From Bdellovibrionales bacterium (GTDB lineage Bacteria > Bdellovibrionota > Bdellovibrionia > Bdellovibrionales > UBA1609), in the NCBI GenBank assembly GCA_963692945.1, contig OY843585.1, forward strand, positions 420,001 to 452,000: 32,000 nucleotides of DNA. The letters are read 5' to 3'. A program made the position numbers and the translations under genes. Of this stretch, positions 16,279-25,143 are shown piece by piece. Within the stretch, counting starts at the first letter, position 1. The number at the start of each line of letters is the position of its first letter. A model generated the notes under the pieces. That model was given only the letters and a program-made list of their open reading frames with translations. It ran no database searches and was not told the DNA's origin.

Positions 16279-17587
16279 TCTTTTAAATTTTATTAAGAGT
16301 CGTCAGAAAAAAGGTTATTTGTCTTCTGGAAAGGAATGGACTTCCCTTTTAGAGGAGCAAATGAATCATTATATTTCAGATGGAGGACTGCCTTTTAAAA
16401 AAAAAGAAGGTTGGAGATATTTTCCTACTCAAAGGCTTGTGAAAGCCAATTACCTTTTTCCTGAAAAGCCTTTAGAAAATGAGAAGGTTACGAAGATTTC
16501 ACCTGTATGGCCTCAATCTTTTAAAATTTTTATAAAAAATGGAGTTCCTAGTTTTTCAAAAACTCCTAAAAATGTAAGTGTTTTTTTATGGAAAGATTTT
16601 TTAAAAGATTCTCTATCTATAGATTCCAAAGTGAAAGATAAGATTTATCAATCTTTAAAAAAAGAAAGGAATAGTTTTTGTTCTTTAAATAATATTTTAT
16701 CTTTAAATGGTTTTATTCTTTTAATAGATAAGGTTATTGAAGACCCTATTGAAATTGAATATTTTCAAAGTTTAGATGAAAAGAATAGAGGTCTTAATTT
16801 AAGAACTTTTGTTTTTGTAAAGGAAAATGGTTCGGCTCAAATTTTAGAAACCTTTCATACGAGTGCATCTCAAAAAAAATCTTCTTTTTTCTTTAATCTA
16901 CAAACAGATTGTATTTTAGAGAAAAACTCTAAGTTGCATTATATTCGTTTAGATCAAGGAAACACTGAAACGGTTCAAATGAATCAGCTTTTTAGTTCTA
17001 TAGATCAAGCGGCCAAAGGAACTTTTTTGACTCTTAATCTTCAATCTGGATTGAGTCAATATTTGACTCATATTTCTCAAAAGGAAAAATCTTTTTCAGA
17101 AGTAAGAGGTTTGAGTCTTTTAGGAGGAGATAAACATTCCGAACATAAAGTGGTTATAAAGCATGAAGAAGAATCCTACAGTCGCCAATTTTACCAATCC
17201 ATTTTATTTGATTCTGTAAAACATATATTTAATGGGGTCATCAATATAGAGCAAAAGGCTCAAAAAACAGCCGCTCATCAGTTAAATAAAAATTTACTTT
17301 TTGGAAAGAAAGCTTTTGCTGTAAGTTGTCCTGAATTAGATATAAAAGCAGATGATGTGACCGCTGTTCATGGAGCAACAGTTTCTTCTTTGGAAGAGCA
17401 AAAGGAAATGATTTTTTATTTACAATCTAGAGGTCTTTCTTTGAAACAATCTATTTATCTTCTTTTATCTGGTATTATTGGAGAGGTCTTATCTTTTATG
17501 GATAAAAAAATATTTTCTTATTTTGAATCTTTGATTTGGAATCATTTAAAGATTTTACAAGAATCTCAAAATGAGGATTTGAAATGA
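16250..17587 (+). CDS. sufD: Fe-S cluster assembly protein SufD
   Basis: 445 aa with a SufB/SufD-family C-terminus (KADDVTAVHGATVSSLEEQKEMIFYLQSRGLSLKQS). Position between sufC and sufS. The start is uncertain (29-nt overlap with sufC). Confidence 0.8.
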   Translation: MIGFPKNSTDLLNFIKSRQKKGYLSSGKEWTSLLEEQMNHYISDGGLPFKKKEGWRYFPTQRLVKANYLFPEKPLENEKVTKISPVWPQSFKIFIKNGVPSFSKTPKNVSVFLWKDFLKDSLSIDSKVKDKIYQSLKKERNSFCSLNNILSLNGFILLIDKVIEDPIEIEYFQSLDEKNRGLNLRTFVFVKENGSAQILETFHTSASQKKSSFFFNLQTDCILEKNSKLHYIRLDQGNTETVQMNQLFSSIDQAAKGTFLTLNLQSGLSQYLTHISQKEKSFSEVRGLSLLGGDKHSEHKVVIKHEEESYSRQFYQSILFDSVKHIFNGVINIEQKAQKTAAHQLNKNLLFGKKAFAVSCPELDIKADDVTAVHGATVSSLEEQKEMIFYLQSRGLSLKQSIYLLLSGIIGEVLSFMDKKIFSYFESLIWNHLKILQESQNEDLK

Positions 17588-18810
17588 ATCTATCTTGTTC
17601 AGAAGTTAGAAATCTTTTTCCTCAAATAAAACATTTAGATCATTTAAAAGAGTCTTATTTAGATAGTGCATCTACAACTTTGAAATTTGATTTTGTTATT
17701 GATCTCTTACAAGAGATGTATAGAAAACAAGTGTCTAATGTTCATAGAGGAGATCATCATCTCAGCTTAGAAGCTACTAAAAAATATGAACAAGCTCGGG
17801 AAGAAGTGGCAAATTTTTTAAAAGCTCAATCTCCTAAAGAGATTGTTTTTACAAGTGGAACAACAGAAGGTCTTAATCTTTTAGCTCATAGTTTAGGGGA
17901 GGAGTTAAAAGAGGGAGATGAAATTTTAATTAGTGAAATGGAACATCATTCTAATTTTCTCCCATGGCAGTTGTTGGCTCAAAAAAAGAATTTAAAACTT
18001 AAAGTTATACCTCTAACAAAAGAAGGAGGATTGGATTTAAAAAAATTTGAAGAGATCTTAAGCTCTAAGACAAAAATTTTTTCTATCACTCATGTATCTA
18101 ATGTGACAGGAGCGATCAATCCTATTGAGGACATGGTAAAGAAAGCAAAATCTAAAGGGGCTTATACAATTGTTGATGCAGCTCAATCTGCTGCTTTATT
18201 AGATTTAAATGTGCAAAAAATAGATTGTGATTTTCTTGTGTTTTCTGGTCATAAAATATTTGCTCCAGCAGGTATAGGTGTTCTTTTTGGTAGAGAATCC
18301 ATTCTTTCTAACCTTCCTCTCTATAAAGTTGGGGGAGGAACTGTTACAGAGGTTTCTTTAGATTCTATAAAATGGGCTGATACTCCTCATAGATTTGAAG
18401 CGGGGACTCCTTTTATTGAAGGGGCTGTCGTTTTAGGAAAAGTTTTATCCTTTTTTAGAAAAAATATAGATTGTAAGAGTCTTTTTGATTATGAAAAAAA
18501 ACTGGTTGATATGGCTATCTCAGAGCTTTCTGAAATTCCAAATTTGAAAATCATTGGTTCACAAGATAATAGGTCTAATATTGTATCTTTTGTAATAAAA
18601 AATTTTAATTCTGAAGATCTTTCTTTTATTATGACTAAAGAAAAAGTGGCTATTAGGGCAGGACATCATTGTTGTATGACTTTTATGAAAAAATTGAATT
18701 TGTCATCGGGAACTGTGAGGGCTTCTTTTTCTGTTTACAATAGAGAAGAGGATGTGAGAGCTCTTAAGACAGGAGTTTTAAAATCTCTAGAGATTTTAGG
18801 AGATGGTTAA
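17584..18810 (+). CDS. sufS: Cysteine desulfurase SufS (class V aminotransferase, group II)
   Basis: PLP-Lys motif FSGHKIFAP, catalytic Cys loop RAGHHCCM, and HRGDHHLS near the N-terminus. 4-nt overlap with sufD. Confidence 0.9.
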   Translation: MNLSCSEVRNLFPQIKHLDHLKESYLDSASTTLKFDFVIDLLQEMYRKQVSNVHRGDHHLSLEATKKYEQAREEVANFLKAQSPKEIVFTSGTTEGLNLLAHSLGEELKEGDEILISEMEHHSNFLPWQLLAQKKNLKLKVIPLTKEGGLDLKKFEEILSSKTKIFSITHVSNVTGAINPIEDMVKKAKSKGAYTIVDAAQSAALLDLNVQKIDCDFLVFSGHKIFAPAGIGVLFGRESILSNLPLYKVGGGTVTEVSLDSIKWADTPHRFEAGTPFIEGAVVLGKVLSFFRKNIDCKSLFDYEKKLVDMAISELSEIPNLKIIGSQDNRSNIVSFVIKNFNSEDLSFIMTKEKVAIRAGHHCCMTFMKKLNLSSGTVRASFSVYNREEDVRALKTGVLKSLEILGDG

Positions 18811-19390
18811 AATGGAAAATGTAAACTCTAATATTTTAGTTCGTGTATCTAGAACTCCAAATCCTTTAGCTATTAAGTTTGTAGTGAACTTTGCCTTAAA
18901 AACAGAAGGAAAAGCCTCCTTCACTCAATTAGAAGAATGTGAAAATATTCCTCTTTTTCAAGAATTGTTTCATATCTCTGGAGTTCATCAAATTCATGTT
19001 TTTGAAAATCAATTGACTTTGAGTCACAATGGAGAATTGTCTTTTGAGGAAATAGAAACTCAAGGAAAAAATATTATCAATAAACATGGTGGTGCTCATG
19101 ATAGTGATTTCAAAGTTTCTGAAATAAAGAAAAAAGAAAAAAAAGATTTAAGTCAATTGTCTGAACTTCATAGAAAAGCAGAAGAGGTGTTGGATCGGAC
19201 AATACGTCCTAGCTTACAAGCGGATGGAGGAGATGTAGAAATTGTTTCTGTTAATGGAAATCGTGTAGATATTATGTATGAGGGAGCTTGTGGAGGTTGT
19301 CCAAGTTCTTTGATGGGAACTCTAGAGGCTATAGAAAATATTTTAAGGTATGAACTTCAAAATGAAGAGTTGGAAGTTTATCCTGTTTAG
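18803..19390 (+). CDS. Nfu-type Fe-S cluster carrier/scaffold (Nfu_N domain + NifU C-terminal CxxC domain)
   Basis: N-terminal RTPNPLAIKFVVN (Nfu_N pattern). C-terminal IRPSLQADGGDVEIV...YEGACGGCPSS (NifU-like CxxC). Confidence 0.8.
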   Translation: MVKMENVNSNILVRVSRTPNPLAIKFVVNFALKTEGKASFTQLEECENIPLFQELFHISGVHQIHVFENQLTLSHNGELSFEEIETQGKNIINKHGGAHDSDFKVSEIKKKEKKDLSQLSELHRKAEEVLDRTIRPSLQADGGDVEIVSVNGNRVDIMYEGACGGCPSSLMGTLEAIENILRYELQNEELEVYPV

Positions 19391-19398
19391 AGGTTCAT

Positions 19399-20523
19399 TT
19401 GAGAAAGAAACTCATTATTTATTTTTGTTGTTTTACTTCTTTTACTTCGTTTGTTGTTTTAGCAGATCGCTATTCTTCATTGGAGATTTTTGCTCAAGTT
19501 TTAAACCTTATCAAAATACATTATTTCAAAGAAGTTAAAATAGAAACTTTAGTTCATGGAGCTATAAAAGGCTTACTAAGAGAGATAGATCCTCATTCTC
19601 AATTTCTTGACTCAAAAAAATTCAAATCATTTAAAAATCAGATGGAAGGTAGATTTTATGGAATAGGAATAGAAGTGGAAAGGAAGGAAGGGTTTTTAAT
19701 TATCACTTCTGTTTTTAAAGGTTCTTCTTCAGAGAAACAAGGATTAAAGCAAGGAGATAAAATCATTACAATCAATCAGAAACTTGTTAAAGATTTTACA
19801 GTTGGAGAGTTTTCTGAATTTTTTCAGAATCAAAAAAGAAGTTATAAGATGACGATCTTAAGGTCAGGGGTAAAAAATCCTCTGATTTTTAAATTAAGAC
19901 CATCAAAAGTGAGAGTTGCATCTACAGTATTTAAAAAAATAAAAGATGATTTTTACTATTTGCGTATTTATTATTTTTCTAAAACAACTTTTTTAGAAAC
20001 AAATAAGTATTTGAAAAATACCAATATAAAAGGACTTATTTTAGATTTAAGGTCTAACCCTGGAGGTTCTTTAGAGCAAACCATAAAGGTTGCTGATCTT
20101 TTTTTAGATGACGGTGTTATTGTATATTATAACACAAAAAGAAATTCAAAAGATCAAGTTTTTAAATCTCATTTTTCAGATACTTTAGAGGAATTTCCGT
20201 TAGTTGTATTAATCAATGAGTATTCTGCTAGTGCAAGTGAAGTCTTAGCAGGGGCTTTAAAAGATCATAAAAGGGCTTTAATAGTTGGGAGAAAAAGTTT
20301 TGGAAAAGGATCTATTCAAACTTTATTTCCTATTAAAGATCAATATGTTTTAAAATTAACAGTAGGAGAGTATAAAACTCCATCAAAAAGATCTATTCAT
20401 GGTCAAGGAATCAAACCTCATGTTCTTATTCCAAAAACAAAAATAGAAAAAAGAAAATTTAAAAATGTTTTAGAAGACCCTGAAGTGTTACAGGCTTTTG
20501 AATATTTAAAAAAACAAAAATAA
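19399..20523 (+). CDS. C-terminal processing peptidase (S41 family, Ctp/Prc-like) with PDZ domain
   Basis: TTG start and a signal-like N-terminus. PDZ region (GIGIEVERKEGFLIITSVFKGSSSEKQGLKQGDKIITIN). S41 motifs (LILDLRSNPGGS, SASASEVLAGALKD, GRKSFGKGSIQ). Confidence 0.85.
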   Translation: MRKKLIIYFCCFTSFTSFVVLADRYSSLEIFAQVLNLIKIHYFKEVKIETLVHGAIKGLLREIDPHSQFLDSKKFKSFKNQMEGRFYGIGIEVERKEGFLIITSVFKGSSSEKQGLKQGDKIITINQKLVKDFTVGEFSEFFQNQKRSYKMTILRSGVKNPLIFKLRPSKVRVASTVFKKIKDDFYYLRIYYFSKTTFLETNKYLKNTNIKGLILDLRSNPGGSLEQTIKVADLFLDDGVIVYYNTKRNSKDQVFKSHFSDTLEEFPLVVLINEYSASASEVLAGALKDHKRALIVGRKSFGKGSIQTLFPIKDQYVLKLTVGEYKTPSKRSIHGQGIKPHVLIPKTKIEKRKFKNVLEDPEVLQAFEYLKKQK

Positions 20524-20699
20524 GTTCTGGTAAAACTCAATTGTTTGAGAAGAGGATTAAAGACTATTACTTTTTTGAGATAAAAGTTGCTTGGCTTAAA
20601 ATGGATATAAATAAGTATTTTAAAAATCCTATTTTCTTATGTTAGGAAATATCTCAGGAGAATTGAGAAAGTTGGTCTTTAACATATAAAAAGACATCT

Positions 20700-20807
20700 A
20701 TAAGAAACAATCACTTGGAAATTTCTGCTTTTTTAATAAGAAACAATCACTTGGAAATTTCTGCTTTCTCAATAAGAAACAATCACTTGGAAATTTCTGC
20801 TTTCTCA
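20700..20807. repeat. Three tandem 36-nt direct repeats (20700-20735, 20736-20771, 20772-20807) plus the parental partial copy 20808-20824; the array spans the tig stop codon
   Basis: The unit is ataagaaacaatcacttggaaatttctgctttctca. Copies 2 and 3 are identical and copy 1 has 2 substitutions. The 9-mer caatcactt recurs at 20709, 20745, 20781 and 20818. Confidence 0.95.
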
Positions 20808-22057
20808 ATAAGAAAAGCAATCACTTTTTGTCGGCTTAGATTAAACAAAAATTGATTCCAATAATTGTGTTTTTTTAACTCTTGTTCCATTTCCTCTACC
20901 GTTTTAGATGGGAAGGATTCTTTAAGTGATTTGTTAATATCTTCTTTAGTGAGTTGGAGTTTTAAATCTTCAATCAATTTTTCTATAAGGTAGCCTGACT
21001 GAATGCTGAATTGAGCTTCCTTTTCAAAAGCTGAATCTTGTTCTTTAATCCAAACCTCTTCTTCATGAGGTTTCATCCCATACTCTTTGATTCTTTTTCT
21101 GGCGTTTTCTATCAATGCCTTTTTTTGATTTTCAATTAAAGATTTAGGAATATCTACGACAGGGTTGGATTCTACAAGTTTTGTAACAATCTCATTTTCC
21201 ATACTTTCTTTCGCTTTTTGTTTGCTTGTTTCTTCTAGGTCTTTTCTTATTTTTTCTTTCAATTTAGATAATGTTTCTATTTTAAATTTTTTAGCCAATT
21301 CATCATTGAGATCAGGAACTTGCCTTTCTTTTAAAGCTTTCATTTGAACTTTTAAAGAAACAGTTTGATCGGCTATATGTGTGTAGAAATGATTCTTAGG
21401 AAAATGGAAATCAAAGCTCTTTTCTGCTCCTCTATTTAAACCCATTAAATGAGTATCAAAATGAGGTGCTAGTTTGTTTTCCCCTAATTTTAGTAACAAT
21501 TCTTTATGGGTGAGTTCTTTGATATTTTTAGAATTTAAAAAGCCTTCTAGACTGATAACGACCCAATCCTCTTTTTTTACAGGTCTAACTTCTAAAGAGT
21601 CTTTATAGTTGGCAAGAGAATCTCTTAGTCTTTCTAAAGATTGAGATACATTTTCATCTGTCACCTTAGAATCTAATTTTTTAATTTTTAAATTTAAAAA
21701 ATTTTTTACTTCTATTGTTGGATGAACTTCTATTTCTACAAGAAAGGTGCAAGGTTTTTTTTCTTCTAATGTGATATCCAGAAGTGTTGGTTGACTGACA
21801 GGTTTTAATTTATTTTCCAGTAGAGCTTTAGGGTAGAAATCTCTGAAAAGATCATCCATGACAGCTTCCCAAGCTTTTTTATAGTAAGCTTGTTTAATCG
21901 TTTGTATGGGAGCTTTTCCTTCACGAAAACCTTGAATTCTAGTCTTTTTTTGAATTTTCTGAAAATTTTCTGAAAAACTCTTTTGCACCTGTTCTAAAGG
22001 AATAGTGAATTCAACTTTTCGCTTCAAACCATTTTCTTCTTTAATGCCTGTTTTCAT
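20783..22057 (-). CDS. tig: Trigger factor (ribosome-associated chaperone / PPIase)
   Basis: 424 aa with the N-terminal ribosome-binding signature GFREGKAP and an overall acidic, Lys-rich trigger-factor-like sequence. Confidence 0.85.
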   Translation of the reverse strand: MKTGIKEENGLKRKVEFTIPLEQVQKSFSENFQKIQKKTRIQGFREGKAPIQTIKQAYYKKAWEAVMDDLFRDFYPKALLENKLKPVSQPTLLDITLEEKKPCTFLVEIEVHPTIEVKNFLNLKIKKLDSKVTDENVSQSLERLRDSLANYKDSLEVRPVKKEDWVVISLEGFLNSKNIKELTHKELLLKLGENKLAPHFDTHLMGLNRGAEKSFDFHFPKNHFYTHIADQTVSLKVQMKALKERQVPDLNDELAKKFKIETLSKLKEKIRKDLEETSKQKAKESMENEIVTKLVESNPVVDIPKSLIENQKKALIENARKRIKEYGMKPHEEEVWIKEQDSAFEKEAQFSIQSGYLIEKLIEDLKLQLTKEDINKSLKESFPSKTVEEMEQELKKHNYWNQFLFNLSRQKVIAFLIEKAEISK

Positions 22058-22103
22058 TGATAAGCCCCTTTAATTTTTAGAGAGGCTATGCTAAATGTTC
22101 TCT

Positions 22104-22136
22104 CTTGATTTTTCAAGAAAAAATTGTTTCTTGAAG
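22104..22136. promoter_or_regulatory. Imperfect 24-nt palindrome with overlapping alternative short stems, in the tig / lipoprotein divergent intergenic region
   Basis: TTCAAGAAA (22112-22120) pairs with TTTCTTGAA (22127-22135), 11 of 12 symmetric positions. CTTGA (22104-22108) can alternatively pair with TCAAG (22113-22117). A T-rich run follows. Confidence 0.3.
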
Positions 22137-22169
22137 TTGTTCTTTTTTTATGGCTATTATACTATCTGA

Positions 22170-23114
22170 ATGGTTTCCGTGGTTTATTTTAAAAAAGCTT
22201 TGATTTACTTAGGTTTGATCTTGGTGACATCCTCTTGCCAGTTACTTCTTAAAAGTCCTAAGCCTTCAGATTTATCTCCTAGTCAATTGAAAGAGATGGA
22301 CCAAGCCCTTATTTATGTTAAGGAAAAAGATTTTTTGAAGGCTGTAAATATTTACGATCAATTATCAAAGGAACTGAGGGGAAAGGCTGTAGAAGTTATG
22401 ATGCTATTTAATTCAGGAAGTAATTATAGAAATTTAGGTGATTGTGATAAATCTATTGTTCGTTATCGTCGGATGTTAGAGAGATCTTTAAAGCAGTTTC
22501 CTTTAAAAGCTCGTGGATTGATGGAGATTGGCTATAGTTATGAATGTCTAGGTGATATAAAAGCGAGTTTTCTTTCTTTAAAAGATGCTGGAGATTTAAG
22601 GAGTTATCTTCCTAGAGAAGTGAGTCAAGTCATCTACCCTGCTCGCTTGAGTATATCTTATTCTTGGTTCGGAAAAAAAAAGGAAGCGGATAAGTATAAA
22701 TCCATAGCCTTAACAGGTGTTTTACAGATTAAGAATCAATATAAGTCTCAGCCAGAAGTTTTAAAAAATATGAGCCGAATTTTTTATTTTATGGGTAAGA
22801 GTTATATGTCTAAAAAAAATCTTAAAGTGGATTCTTTTTTACAATCTTTTTCTTATCATCAAATCTATTTACTTCAATCTCTCTTTTTAAAAGATAAGGA
22901 GTGGTCTTTAAAATCTAAAAAAGAGATGGACTTACTATTTGATAAATTGCATTCTGTTTTTCTATCTGCAAATAAAGATACAAAAAAGAAATATAAAAAA
23001 CTTATTCAACAGTCACTAGAAGAGGGGCAAAAGATGATTCAGATGGAAAAAACTTTAAAATGGAAAACTTTTTATAAAAAACAAATGAAAAAAATTCAAC
23101 GATTGCTAGTTTAA
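22170..23114 (+). CDS. Hypothetical TPR-like probable lipoprotein
   Basis: Signal peptide ending LILVTSSC (imperfect lipobox). TPR-like stretches (LFNSGSNYRNLGDCDKSIVRYRRMLE, MEIGYSYECLGDIKASFLSLKDA). No recognisable catalytic motif. Confidence 0.5.
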   Translation: MVSVVYFKKALIYLGLILVTSSCQLLLKSPKPSDLSPSQLKEMDQALIYVKEKDFLKAVNIYDQLSKELRGKAVEVMMLFNSGSNYRNLGDCDKSIVRYRRMLERSLKQFPLKARGLMEIGYSYECLGDIKASFLSLKDAGDLRSYLPREVSQVIYPARLSISYSWFGKKKEADKYKSIALTGVLQIKNQYKSQPEVLKNMSRIFYFMGKSYMSKKNLKVDSFLQSFSYHQIYLLQSLFLKDKEWSLKSKKEMDLLFDKLHSVFLSANKDTKKKYKKLIQQSLEEGQKMIQMEKTLKWKTFYKKQMKKIQRLLV

Positions 23115-23125
23115 ATAAAGGTTAG

Positions 23126-24349
23126 GTGTTTATTCAAAAAAGTCATTTTCGTGAAGAAGTTTGTGAACTCATTGTTTCCAACTTAAATAAAATTCAGTCT
23201 TGGTTTGATGAAAAAACCAAAGGTAAAATAATTCCTTTCTATTCTAGTTTTGATATTAGGGATTCTGGATTTAAAATGGGATGCGTTGATGCCAATGTTT
23301 TTCCTGCAGGATTTAATAACATTTGTGAGGTGGATCAGAAAACAACAAGCTCACTTATAAAAGATTATTTAGAAAGACATTATCCTTCTTGTAAAAAGAT
23401 TTTGCTTCTAGCGGAAGAACATACTAAAAATCTTTATTATTGGGATAATATTTATGTTATCAAATCTCTTATTGAAAGTGTAGGTTATAAAGTTACGGTT
23501 TGTGTTCCCGGTAAAATGATAACCTCTCAAAAAAAAATCATAACAGCTTCAGGAAAAGAAGTTTCTATTCATCTTCTAACTAAAGAAAAAGGAGATTTGA
23601 TTATTAGTAACAATGATTTTTCAGTCCATTATGATTTTCAAGAAGATAGGATTTGTAATCCTTGTATAGAAATGGGTTGGGGTTCAAGAAGAAAACATAA
23701 TTTTTTTATGGAATACAATAAAATAGCTAGTGAGTTTGCTTCCATCTTAGGATTAGACCCTTGGTGTTTTAGAGTAGAGACAGAATTGTTTTCTCCCTTT
23801 GATTTAGATTCTGACAAAAGTAGGAAACTCTTAGAACAGCAAGTGACTTTATTTTTAAAGAATTTAAAAAATAAACAAATTAAAAAGGATATGGAGGAAC
23901 CTTATGTTTTTTTGAAAAACAATTCAGGAACTTATGGTTTAGGTGTAATGACCATCAATAAAGCCGAAGAATTAGATCATTTGAATTATAAAAAACGAAA
24001 AAAGATGAAAGCTTCAAAAAGTGGTTTAGGTATTAAAGAGTTGATTATACAAGAAGGGATACCAACTGTTTTAGGCCGAGAAAAAGGGCTGAGTGTAGAA
24101 CCAGTGATCTACATGGTAGGTGCAGACATTACAGGGGGTTTTTTAAGAGGGCATGATAAGCAAGGTTATAAAGCCAATTTAAATAGCCCAGGGGCTGTGT
24201 ATAAAAGACTTTGCGTAAGTGATTTAAAAATAACGATTCATAATCGGACTATGGAACATGTGTATGGTTGGGTTGGAAAACTGGGAGTTCTAGCTTTGAT
24301 TTCTGAAATAGAAAATAGACATCTAGACTTTAGGGGGTATCAGATTTAG
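23126..24349 (+). CDS. gshA: Glutamate-cysteine ligase, Acidithiobacillus ferrooxidans-type GshA family (Pfam GshA / TIGR02049-like)
   Basis: GTG start. The N-terminal stretch PFYSSFDIRDSGFKMGCVDANVFPAGFNNI matches my recollection of this family's hallmark (S.D.R..GFK...VD.NLFP.GFNN), and the length of about 400 aa fits. The call is from memory and is not verified by a search. Confidence 0.55.
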   Translation: MFIQKSHFREEVCELIVSNLNKIQSWFDEKTKGKIIPFYSSFDIRDSGFKMGCVDANVFPAGFNNICEVDQKTTSSLIKDYLERHYPSCKKILLLAEEHTKNLYYWDNIYVIKSLIESVGYKVTVCVPGKMITSQKKIITASGKEVSIHLLTKEKGDLIISNNDFSVHYDFQEDRICNPCIEMGWGSRRKHNFFMEYNKIASEFASILGLDPWCFRVETELFSPFDLDSDKSRKLLEQQVTLFLKNLKNKQIKKDMEEPYVFLKNNSGTYGLGVMTINKAEELDHLNYKKRKKMKASKSGLGIKELIIQEGIPTVLGREKGLSVEPVIYMVGADITGGFLRGHDKQGYKANLNSPGAVYKRLCVSDLKITIHNRTMEHVYGWVGKLGVLALISEIENRHLDFRGYQI

Positions 24350-24450
24350 ATATTTCTAAACAGACTTTAGAAAAATTAATTTCTGGAAATTTAATCTTAG
24401 ACAAAAAGAGAGGAAATGATAACCTGAATAAGTAGAAGCTTGGCTATTTT

Positions 24451-25143
24451 ATGAGAGTATCAAAAAAATATAAAAAACTTTATCGTCCTATTTTTTCTAC
24501 CTTGATGGTATTGGGCTTTTTAGGTTTTGGTTTTTTCTTTGGTATTCAATCTTGGAATAAACAACTTTATGTTCAAGTTTATCCCTCTAAATCTAGAAGT
24601 CTTGCTGGTGCTCAAGAAAAATCGTCTTTGTATTCTATCTCTCTGGAAGAAATGAACCAAAGGGTTCAGAGTAAATTATTTAAAAATACAAAAACGGTAG
24701 AAACAGATTCTTTATTTGGTTTTTATTTAGGTCATTTTTTAGTTCCTGATACGACAGATAAGGGGCATCAATTTATTTGTCAATTTTACTCTGTTTTGGA
24801 AGCCACTTTTGTGGCTTTAGATGTCACTCTCAATGGGGAGGATGGTTTAATGGTTGTTCAGTCCCCTTGTCGTATGGAAGATGATGTTTTTATAGGTCCT
24901 ATATGGTTACCGATACAGTCTATGCGTAAAAATCTTGGTCAAAGATCTTTTACTTTGGAAAAAGAAGACACATTAGTTCACTTGTATAATATTTCTTTTC
25001 AGCTCGCTTCAAAATGGTTATTAAGCTCGGTAAGATTTTTTAATTCACCAGAAGATAAAGGTTTAGTTATAAATTACACGCCTAATGAAAAAGTTTTTTT
25101 TCAACTAGAATTTTTTCAGCAAGAACAATTGGATTCTTATTGA
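24451..25143 (+). CDS. Hypothetical membrane-anchored protein
   Basis: 230 aa with one N-terminal TM helix (IFSTLMVLGFLGFGFFFGI). No motif recognised. The 3' end overlaps the convergent pepA stop by 7 nt. Confidence 0.5.
   Translation: MRVSKKYKKLYRPIFSTLMVLGFLGFGFFFGIQSWNKQLYVQVYPSKSRSLAGAQEKSSLYSISLEEMNQRVQSKLFKNTKTVETDSLFGFYLGHFLVPDTTDKGHQFICQFYSVLEATFVALDVTLNGEDGLMVVQSPCRMEDDVFIGPIWLPIQSMRKNLGQRSFTLEKEDTLVHLYNISFQLASKWLLSSVRFFNSPEDKGLVINYTPNEKVFFQLEFFQQEQLDSY

Noticed and set aside
20700-20807. 36-nt direct repeats considered as a possible CRISPR array
   Set aside because: The copies are directly tandem with no spacers, there are only three of them, they duplicate the tig 3' end, and no cas genes are present in the window.
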